Shown in pieces: positions 28,201 through 40,200 of a stretch of 64,000 nucleotides of DNA. Position numbers and translations under genes: made by a program. Location of the stretch: assembly GCF_964355755.1 (NCBI RefSeq), contig NC_092674.1:9548001-9612000 (forward strand), in the 5' to 3' direction. Source of the DNA: Antedon mediterranea (taxonomy: Eukaryota > Animalia > Echinodermata). The notes under the pieces are model-generated. The model made no database searches. It saw only the letters and a program-made list of their open reading frames with translations, and was not told the DNA's origin. The first letter of the stretch is position 1; each line of letters starts with the position of its first letter.

Positions 28201-31200
28201 AAATGATTTCTGTCTGTTTAATTTTGTAACTGCAAAGTCTCAATCACTACCGTATATCATTATGACCTTGTGTAGGCCTACATTATAAAATTATATTTCC
28301 ATGTTGTTTTGTGATGGTACAGTAGTAACGAACAAAGTCTCAACACTGTAATTATGATTTAATATGACCTTGTGTATGATATGTCTAAAAGTCTGTAAAG
28401 TAATTCCAAACAAACCTTAAAGTAGGTATCCCAATGTAAAAATTCAAATTAATGATGGTACTTTTTCTTTCAGTTAATCAGAAGGAACTTACTGAACATA
28501 AACTTTTGCAATTTAAATGATTGAAATCGGATTATCCATTCAAAAGTTATGGTCCGTTAAAGTGCCCAAAAAACAGTGATTTTTGCTTGAAAAATGGCAC
28601 TTTTTCTAATTATATTTGAACCCATTTTTGAAGGGTTATAACTTTTATACTAATAATTTTAAAGTTCTTATTTTTTCCAAACCCATAGATACAACAGAGT
28701 TGTACAAGAAAAAATTTTTTTTGGGTGTCCTCGACATTTTTTTTTTTAGATATCGCCCTACAAAATTCGTCCGAGGGCTTTTTACGCGTGATTTTCCCAA
28801 TGTCTCAAAAATGCCCAAAAAGTTCCTGTCTTTAAATGATTCATAACTTTTGAACCAATGTGTGAATTAACTTCTTTTTTTTTGCATTGCATAAAATGTA
28901 ATATGTATTTTAGTAAGGTTTATTTATATTGACAGGTAGGTAATTCTGAAATACAACATAAAATATTGTTAAAAAATGTTAAAATGTGAAAAAAAAAATA
29001 TTGCGTTAAAAAACTGTGTGGGTATTGTTTCTTTTCATTAAATATTATTTTTCGTAAGTATAAATTTTTTTAATAATTCTAGTATTTAAAGTTATATTTA
29101 TAATCATATATTATTTAAATTGATTTTCGAACCGCCAAAAATAAGAATTAAGCCCGTGCTTATTATGTGTTCGATTCCATTTGGAGCGCCGGGCCGAACG
29201 TAGACTCGGCCGCGCCTACTACAAAAGTTAAGATAGGCCCCTACAGCTAGCTAATTAAGGTCTAAATAAAAGCCTGACGCTAAATTCTGCCTAAGAAATA
29301 TCGGGAAGAAATTTTTTATTTAACAAAGTAATTACCTCAATGGTATAATTGTAGCATGTTTAATTTTATTTCCCTTTCGATTATTCTAACCGAAAGTTGC
29401 ACTTTGAATTGAAATATACGGAATAAAATTTAGGCCTAGAAACAGCGTAGACATACAACGGCAACACAGGCCAAAGCGCGTTTCGGCCGCCTACATAGAA
29501 TGGCTTACGGCCGCTGCATAGCAAAATCAAAGCTTCTTAAATTTCTTCGGTACATTTCTTCCTAACGTACTTGCTTTATATAGTAGATTTATAAATATTC
29601 CACTTATTAAATAATTTAATAAATCGGTAAAATTGACGTTTCGAAGCAAATATTCCATGAGAGGCGACATTTTTCGACATGCCTCGTGTGCGGCGAAGAC
29701 TAGTTCAGAAAATGGAACAGTCCACTGCAGGGGTTATCCAATCATTAATTAACGCGCTAATACATGCATACCATGCACATTGTCTGGGCGACGATAATTT
29801 AGTAATAAGCGGAGAACTGAATCCCCCCCGTAAGGAAAATGGTAAACACTGATATTTATGGTAGGGATTATTTTTTTCAGTGGTTGGTCTTGTTGGCCTC
29901 TTCGCACGAGGTCCACGCAAAGTCAAATAAAACGATGTGGTTTATCAAACAGAAATATAAATTAGCTTCAATTCAATACTAAATTAGCCAGATTTTGATA
30001 ATGAGAAAGACTAAAAAATTCAATTTTTATCGTTAAAATTGACATTTGAGGCGGATGTACATAATAATAATAACCGATTTACATATCAAAATAAAGAGTA
30101 TTTAAAGCCTGATAACATGCAACAAAAATTACTCCACCACCTATTATGGACCTCGTGCGATCGTGTTTTGAAAATGGGTAGGTGTTTTCCAAAGTTATTT
30201 TTAGCGCGCGGATTTCGGCTCGCCGGCTTTTGTACCTCATTTTTAACTCGCGTTTTCTATTAAAATATTTAATAAACATAGATTAAAAATATATGAAAAT
30301 AATCCCTTAAACAAGATCTTTCCAGACATTTAATTTTTATTCACATGTGTATATCAGAAATAGTATATTTTTAACTTCAAAGACACGTCACTTTTTGAAA
30401 TTTCACGAACGTGTTAAAATCGCGGTAACGAAAATCCGCTTCATTGGGATACCTACTTAAAGCACAGTTTCCATACATTGTTCTTAAGGATGTTTGTATA
30501 GTTAACTAATTATCTGTTAGTATCCGATATAATTCAATTTGTGTTATGAATTTGATGATGCGGAAGAAATGTTGCGTTGGTAACATTAAGTTCCATCTGA
30601 AATGTCAAGTCTCCATTTAAGACAGTCTTTGAGTACGCATCTTTAATGTGCTAACTGTACAGTACGGTAGCTGTTACGATGGTAGTAACAAACACATTAT
30701 ACAGACTTGAAAAATTGACGAAAGTTCCAAATTTGGACTCCAAAATTAAGAAATAAAAATATTTTACAAAAATTCTATATTGCTAAAAGCTTGACTAACC
30801 CCAATTTTTTTTTCAAAGGGAAAAATCACTGACTGGTCATCATTGACATTTTTTTCTTCAATTTTTGGCCCAGTAGTACTGTAGGTCAGGTCTGCTGTCT
30901 TGGTTTTGTTTGTACATGATCTTACAGTATGTACACTTCCAGTTTCATTCTAAGCCTAGTTTATATTATGACATTATCATGTAAATTTAACATTTAAACA
31001 TGCTGTAATGTCTACTTATATAGAGGTTCTCTGAATGTCAAAAAACAAGACATGATTTAGACTGGAATCTTTAGTTTTCCTGTTTTTCTTCATTTTAACA
31101 CACCTATACTATCTCTAACAAACATAATTTTAACATGATTATTACCATTGTCATTTGGATATTATGTTAACCAAGATTTCAAACTATCACGGACGCCAGT

Positions 31201-34200
31201 AACTCGTTATTATATAAAGTCAATCTATAATTGGTTTATGTTACAAGTTGGTTACCTAAATTCCTTCGCATGTCTTGGTAAATTACATTAAATGCGTTTT
31301 AAAGATATTAGTTGACCGTATTTTAGGTCAGGAATTCTATGTGTTAATTTCTTTTGCGTCATTTACTACATTGAGAACATCAAGCATTCTGGTGTGTCTT
31401 ACACATTTATTTGTTGATAATATGCTTCAGAGATAAAGTGATTCCTAGATAATTATGTGCAGTACAGTAGACCTATTAAGGGGACATCTAGAATAGCCAA
31501 TCACATTTTCAAAAATAAGTAGCTATACAGTAATCTCTGTAAACTATTCAAAATATTTGCAGAGTGAGAAACAATTTATATCGTAAAAACGATATCTCTT
31601 TAAAAAGTCATTACCACGCTGATGCTGTATCATATTGTGTAGGCTTGATATATTGTTGTCTAATTAACATTAGTATACACTAATGTTTAATATTGTGTGC
31701 AATTGACATTGTGAATTTTGTATGAAACATTTTCCTTAATCGACTATAAGTGCAGTAAATCATGATTTATAAAGTGTAAATAAATTTTATGGCATCCTTG
31801 GAAAATATTTGTTGAAACCTATTAAATACAATAACTTTATTCCATGGGTTTGCTTTATTTTTTAAGGAAGATTAAAAATTTGATTATTTAAATTAGGTTT
31901 TTCTTGTAATTATATTTTTCAAATACCAAAAAAAGACCAGACAATTTTATTTAAAAGTTTGTTTTTGTTTTATGTAATTTTTTTAAAGCAGAAACATGCC
32001 AAATAAACACATAACATTTCCCAATTGTTTACTGTATATTATACTATAGCAAACCGTTTTATCTTTATTTAAATTTATTTCAAAAGGTTCCTGAATAATT
32101 GGAAAATGCTAATTAATTTGAAATATGAGATTGTATTTTGATGAATTATTGTGGTTGCTTTGGTTAAATTGATCCTAATATAATAATAATCTCCATATGT
32201 CATGCAGGTGCCTAATAATAATGACTTAGTAAAGATCAGAATGTGCGATACTGAATCTTATCTGATTATGTCTGCAGCGAGTGACCAATTATTAGAAGAT
32301 GCTTTACTAAATGCATTTCAATTTTTGTAAAAGTCTTAATGGACCGTCACTCAGAATTTCAGTATAAGTATGTCATAAAATCTTCCTGCGCTCGTTTTAT
32401 TGATAAATCTTCGATGTTAATTGTTATGATTAGCTGTAACGTTTTTTTTATAAACATTATTTAATTATATTTCATTCATTACTAAAAGGTAAAAATATGA
32501 TTAACTAATGAAAAAGAAAGATTTCTGTTCGTACTAGGGAGCTTTTGATTTGTGACAGTCATGTTCGTTGATTGTGCGCATGCGGGATTTTGGGATGCGT
32601 GTCCTCACTGCGACACAGGTCCAGGCGATTACTGTACCATCATCGCAAATCGATAGCTCCCTATTGTCATTTAGGTTCTGGTTTTTGTAAACATTTTTTA
32701 TAAAAGCTTTTTATTTTTCTACTGTATTGTTAACAAATAAAAGGGGTTAATAAATACAAAGACATCTTATTATTCAATAAATTTAGTATGTCATTGAAAC
32801 TCATCAAAACAAATCATAAAAAAAAAATCAATATCTATCTCTTTTCTTGCAGGAATTGGATATGCAATGGTGTGTATCTCCGGCATTGTTACCGTATATT
32901 ACAATCTGGTTCTAGCCTGGGCGTTATTTTTCTTCTTCAAATCTTTCACAAAAGATTTGCCGTGGAAGGGCTGTGAAAACACTTGGAACACAGATGCCTG
33001 TGGGTATGCTAATGGCACCATTGGTATCAACTCTGACAATGAAACGGTGTTGATTTCAAATATATCGACCATTCCTGCTGAAGAATATTGGAAGTAAGTA
33101 AATTAATATATGATTTATCGTCCAAATTCATTTCAAAGATTTATATTTAACAGAGTGATTTCTATTTTACATATTTTAACATATGTAGAGTACATTTAAT
33201 AATCTGAAATTCATGCCTGTAGCTAAGCTTTAGTACAAACTCACTGTAAGTGTAAGAGTATCGGTGTTAATTAAACAGCCAGGCAGATGCATGTGTGCCT
33301 AGTATTCTTCTAAAAGATAATCTCCCAAACATTATGGAAAAATGTGGAATTAACTCCATATGAAATGCTTGTGAGTAGCCACTCGGAATAGTAACCCCTC
33401 ATGAGTAATTGCTTGTGAGTATCTGCTCGTGGGTAACTGCTCGTGGGTAACTGCTCGTGAGTAACTGCTCGGGAGTAACTGCTCGTGTGTAACCGCTCGT
33501 GTGTAACTCCTCTTAACTCAAAAGTGACTTGAGCAGCTCCTCTGCATAGACTACATGGTGTGATTGTTAAAGTTGACCACCATATTGACAGATAGATTCT
33601 ATTTATCCTAAAAAACCTTTTTTTTCACTTTAAGGAATGAAGTTTTGCAAGTTAGTCCTGGTATTGATGACATGGGGAGTATGAGGTGGCAGTTAGCAGC
33701 CTGTCTTTTTTTAGCCTGGGTGATTGTCTACTGTTGTATATTTAAAGGCGTTAAATCTTCAGGAAAGGTAAATGTTGGTTTTTTTTTACCATTATTGTGG
33801 AATTATGTTTCTCCTTGCAAATCACTTGACTGAACTATAGCCGTACATAATAAAATTCGCAATTAGCGTTCGGAAGCAAATCATTAAGATTGTCAACTAT
33901 CACAAACAAACGGAAACCCCAACAAAAGGTATCCATCAATTGAATGACTACCGTAATTGCAGATTCTATTATGGAATTGTTTACAGAGCACACTGTAGGC
34001 TCATCAGTTCAGTAAATGTTATTGCAGATTGTTTAACGTACAGAAAATGTTTTAAACATTTATAAGAACTTGTTACTTGGGGTTTCCATAACAAAGTTAT
34101 AGTGATAGTTGTAGGGATAGCCCAACACAGTAATAAATGAAATGAATTGAAATAAACCAGAACGCCTCTATGGGGTTTTATTTAGTTCACACTATCCAAA

Positions 34201-37200
34201 TGATTGTGTTCCACGTAATCCTAATAACTTTGTATGTGGATTTAAGTCATATTTAAAAATTCTGAACATCATGTAAATTTTTTTTTCATTTTTATAAATT
34301 GTAATATGATGTCGTAAATTTTAGGTTGGGACTTCTGGCTTACAAGCTTCATAGTCTCTTTAGAAGCCCCAGACGTTTAAAACATATATAAATGAAATAT
34401 GAATGCATAATTTTTTCTTATTTTATTTTCTTATTTTATTTATAATCATTTCTACAGAACCAATTCAGATTGTATGTATTGAAAGTATAATGTTTAATCT
34501 TGACAGGTTGTGTATTTTACTGCAACATTTCCATATGTTGTGCTTACAATTCTTCTGATACGTGGACTGACGCTGGAAGGCGCATGGGATGGAATCTACT
34601 TTTATTTGAAGCCAAACTGGGAAACTTTAAAAGATGCAAAGGTTTGTTGTTTCTCTACAAGGTATCACAATGGAGGGGTGTCACTTTGGGATAGTAGTAG
34701 TCAATTTGAATAAAGGAGTATGACTTTGATGGTAAAGAAATCGTATTCACTCATAATTTTATAAATTTATATTGTTTGAAAGTACTTGTTTCAATTTGCG
34801 ATTTTAAAACTGTTCTAAAATCCTGTCGTCGATTTCCGCATGTTGAAATCCTCATCGGAAAAAATCCCATACGCTTTTTTTGTTGTATGTTATCAAACTT
34901 TAGACGAGCTTCAATTTGATACGTAAATCGTCTTCTATAAATAAGTTTTTCGTTACTTTTTGAATCACTGTTTATAGAAAAATATTATTATGGATTTTAA
35001 AATTATATTATAGTTAAATCTACATTGAATATGATAAAGCATAACCGCCTATTCTTTTGTAAGTGGGTTCGTGCCAGCATACAAGCCAGATATGAACAAT
35101 GGATCTCCTTGCCAGAGATAGCAGAGATGTGGTTGATCCATCAGAAATTCCTTTGATCATTTCATGTATTGTGAAAAGCCATTCTTTGAGTTCATTAGTG
35201 TCCCTACTCAAGGCAATATGTGCCTTCCTGTGATGTCCCTGTTATATAAGCTGTCATGAGACTTGGGGACAAATCTAGGCTGTTGCAGTTTATAAGCCAG
35301 GGATGAAATCTTATCCATGGGAACAATGCAAAATAGCACATCAGTCAACATGCATGAATGAAGACTTAGGAGACTTTATACAGCACAGCCAAATCACAAT
35401 GGGTGCTATGCAAAATACATCTAAACATAGAGGGCGTTATTTACAAATATTGGAACTGAGCGAAATATAAATGCAGAGCGACTGAGGGCGTGCTAAATAA
35501 TATTTCATCTCATATTAGGTTTCTACTTTTATAAGCTGAGATTCCACTATTATTTTTTTTCCTCTTTGTATTATGCTTATTTATGTATAATTAATAGTTT
35601 ATTAATAGTTTATTAATAATAAGTGTTTATGAATGGCAATAAAGAAAGACGTGACTTTTAACATAATAAACATTTGTGAGGTCACCAATATACCAATTTT
35701 CCTGAATATCGGGCATTTTGTGTAAGTATATACCAACAACTACTAAAAATTCAGGACGGTAACTTAAAATTTGTGTCGCACTGTCTGTGTCCTGCAAACA
35801 GAAGGAAAAAGCAAGTACTATATGGCAACATTATATTTCGGCAAGTACAAAATCTATAGTGCCTTTATGGTGAATTATGCGGTAAGCTAGGCATTAGCCA
35901 ATGTCTCTGGAAATGTGTGGCAATATTATTTTTGGCCTTTTTTAGTTTACAGTAACCAAAAGGGGCATTAGTACTAGATTCTCAATGTTAATTTATAAAT
36001 ACAATATAATAACTGATAGTGCACATAAATTATACCAGTTTCAAAATAATTTCTTTCCCGAGGATTTTTTATGCTTATTTTTTAGGGAATTCTTTATTTT
36101 TCAAAAATTTAATTTCTATGACTCGGATGTGTGCATAATAACAGATGTGTTGACATTATTTTGTTTTGTGCATTCATAGCATACACCATTGGTAACCAAT
36201 TGAATTTACTTCCCGTCATTTAGTTACTGGAACGTTCCACAACTAGTTCTACCCAGTTCTTTTCAGTTCTTTCCTCATTTTGTTTTGTCAAAGTTGACAC
36301 AACCTCTTCTGGAAATCAGGTGTTATCTTTTTGTCATGAAAATGTTAGTTAATGTTTGTGATTACCTGGGGTTCTGGCACAATTAAGTTCAGGTGCGTGC
36401 ATTCCTAGTGTCCAATCATATGTTGTCAATTTCCACATTATTAAATCTTAGCCCTTGCTAATCCGAAAGCACTAAATTTAGATATTGTCACCCTCTGTTT
36501 TCTCAGTTTCTGTTTTTTTTAAACATAGGATTTCCGCTTCAGATTAATTATTTTCTAAATTAATATGGAAAACTTGAATTTGAAGAGAAACTAGGACTTT
36601 AGAAGACAAACCAATCCCATCATAAATTGTAGAAAAGACAGGGTTTTCTCAGGTGGAACCAATGACGTTTAGATTTAAAATATAGACTTGTACGTATATA
36701 ATTATGAACTACTTTTTAATATCTAATTTAGTTTATTAATATTGTTAAGTTTTCTCTGCACTATCCAACTTTATGTGACTAAAAAAAATGTGCACATAAT
36801 ATATGGACATGATGTGATGTCGTATCACTATCATATTTAGGCACATCACAATTTTTATTTTAGAACAAGTTTGATAGTATAGACAAAGCTTTAAAATGTT
36901 CTTTTGTTATACTAATACTCTGAATCTGAGGACTGTAGGTCCAACACACACAACACAACCTACAATTGTTTCTGATTAATATGATAATTTTAACTTGGAA
37001 CTTGAACCCCTTCAAACCTAAATGAGAATTGACATATAGTCATATAGTTTGTTATTGAACAACATGGCACCAAACATTTGAAGCAGTAAAGCATAGCGAC
37101 CTATCGGAGCATACTTAAAAACCAATCTAATTATTTTTTTTAATTGTATTATTTAAGGTTGAAGACATTGCCTAGACAAGTACTGCTACAAATAAATAAA

Positions 37201-40200
37201 TTTAGTATTATTATACAAGAAAGAATTTAAAGAAAAACGGAATTAAATGTGTTTTTTTTTTTAATGTGGTCAAGATTGTTTTTGATAAAATCTGGGCATA
37301 GAGGTTATTTAAAAATATAAATCACAACCTCAAAATGATATCCAATCTAAAAAAACATCACCATATGATATTTATTCGAATAAAGAGCGCCCTTCCCTAA
37401 ATATGGGCATAGCCTCCCTCCACAGCATTTATTTTTTCCTTGAATGAACGACCTGCCACATTTCTATTTTTTGTAAAATTTATTGACTGCATTTTACTAA
37501 GCATATCTGCCCCATCCTGCTGAAAATCACCCTGAACAGTAAATGCCCAGGGGAATATAAATATGGTCGTGTTTTTTAAAATAATGATCATTTCTCTATT
37601 TTTTTTTTTGTTTAAACAAATGTTTAGGTTTGGAATGACGCTGCCACGCAGATATTTTATTCGCTCGGACCGGCTTGGGGAGGCATTCTGACATTCGCAA
37701 GTTTCAACAAGTTCCACCACAATTGCTATAGGTGTGTTACGTTTCTCGGGGTTTATATTGATTCAGGGATGGGAATTTTAAGTAATGCCTTATGAACTTT
37801 ATTTCATATACTGTATAAGACAATAATGTACGTTTAATGGATTAGCCAATACATTTTTTTTTGTATATTGTTAGTACAGTGTTTGTACACTCCTCAACTG
37901 TGTTGTAATTAATTAAGTTTATTATCTGATTATCTTTTTATTGTCATCCAATAGTTTGCTCATTTGCATGGCACAATTTGTATGATATATTTCGCTTTTG
38001 CCCTTCCATTTGCATTTTGTTCCATGTATAAGTGAACAATTTGAATTTTTACTGCACATAAATCTAAATTAAAAATGCTTTTTATTAATTATTTTATTTA
38101 TTCAATTAAATTCAAAATTATTTTTGCTGTGTCCATTTCAAAGCTTTTACAGAGGCAAATTATTATCTATAAAATTTTAAATTTAATTACGTTATTCCAT
38201 ATTAAATCTAATATAAGCAAAACTTTTTCCTCAAATTTAAATACAATTTAACTGTTTTTTTTTTTGTAATGAATATGGCCTGACTGTCACTGCATTCCTA
38301 TGCATCTTTTTAGTGACTCTTTAGTATCATCAGTTTTGCATGATAATTCGTAGCTTTTATGCATGATACAGTTGCTTGTTATTATGAAATTGCTATATTG
38401 CTGTTATATGATTTTCATATTCACCAATTTTATCTTTATCCACTCCTTGTTTGTTGTCTTTCATACCCCCTAAAAACAAAGCTTAAATGCACAATTGGCA
38501 AAAAAATAAATAAATAAATGAAATTATCGTAGTACCCCACCCTTCCAACGTTCCCATTGTCAGCGTCTCAACCCAATTACTGAAACATAAAAAATAAAAT
38601 TAAGACTCTTTACAAAATTTGTAAGGAGTTAGCAACAAAAGCATGTTGCTTAGGTGGTATATACTAACGTTTTGAAATAGTGCATATTCTCACTTTTTAG
38701 TCACCGTCATAATAACGATAAACATAGCAATTTGAAATTGTTAAACAATTTGTATTATAATATTGATTGATAATTGACATTTTTTCCAGTGGAGACTCGG
38801 ACAATGTTGCGGCAGATACTCTGTTTAATTCTTCATGATTGTATATTTTTTTCATTTACCTCTTTCTTTATCCTAATGATCAAATTAAAAGATAAATGAC
38901 CAAAATTTTCCATCAAAATTCACCAACACATTCTCAATTACATTTCTTCACCATTTTATATCGACTATGTTGTTAATCCTTTTAAACATTTAAAATAATT
39001 TTTATCAAAATAAACTAAATAAAATTGTGAAATAAAACAATTTAATAATAAATAAATTAAAATAATTGTTTAAAATAGTTTGAATACATTTTAAATATAA
39101 ACTAAAACAAGTTTGAAACCATTTACAATTTCAAATAAACAAAATTTAAAATGTTACTTGTTGAAATAGTAATACATTATTTATAATATATATAATAATA
39201 AAAAAATAATTTTTTTAAAAAATTAAATTATTTTAAGAAACATTTGTAATTTAGGAAAAATAGAAATTCTCTTAAATTTTGGCATTGGCCTTGTTTTCTC
39301 ATGTCTCATGCGTAAATTATAGTTTAATTTAAAATTTGTAATTGGGAAAAAATTTGTCAAAATGTGACAGCTAGCCATCACCTCTGGGCCAGCCATCACC
39401 TCTGGGCCAGCGCCCATCTTTGCCTTCCAGGTAGATTACATTTCTTCTTCCTTACAGAGATGCGCTGGTAGTTCCATTGATCAACTGTTTTACGAGTTTC
39501 TACGCTGGATTCGTTGTGTTCTCAACACTAGGTTTTATGTCTTACAAGACTGGCATTCCCATCCAGAATGTCTCTACAACGGGTGCGTGTGCCACGTTAT
39601 GCTTGATTGATTCCAGCTTGGGTTAAAGCGTGGCAGACAATCGGTCGCCGCCGCAATTGAAAAATCCCATGGAGTCAGCAAGTTCAACATTCGTTCATTA
39701 TGAGTTTTAAAAGCCCTTTATCTCTGTTTATTGGTAACAATTACTAAAGGAATACATTTCTAAATGCATTCTTTCAGTATAGTAGTTTAGTTCTTAATAT
39801 TCCCACTTTGCCTTCAAATACAAAAACCAAAAAAAAGGGGTAATTTACTCAAATTGATGAGGATGTGCGTGTTGTGTTTTTCCCTTGATTTTCTACCAAA
39901 TCATCGCCATTAGAATACAGTTTACGTTTGCTTTGTGGGAAGGGGGTTTTGATAGAACACCAACGTCGTCGATGAAGATCAACGCCCATCATCGCCTGAT
40001 AATAATTTATTTAATTAGTAAACTAGGCTATTTATAATAATCTGTATAGTATATATATTATGACAAATTGTAATTTAATAAAGTTTAGTTTTACTAATAT
40101 TATTGTATATTATATTATTATTATTTTGTCTGTTTATCAGTACCAGAAAAATGTAAGTATTTTATTTATATATATAACATTTTGCTGTCTAGTTGAAACA

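Noticed and set aside
9835-32852. Nested gene or alternative exons in the 23-kb intron
   Set aside because: I found no exon-like segment with SLC6 or other recognisable homology, and the short ORFs map to repeats. Small or non-coding exons cannot be excluded without RNA data.
35020-35450. Higher-GC, coding-looking stretch with a 63-aa minus-strand ORF
   Set aside because: No recognisable domain or splice structure; it needs tBLASTx and is probably a TE remnant.
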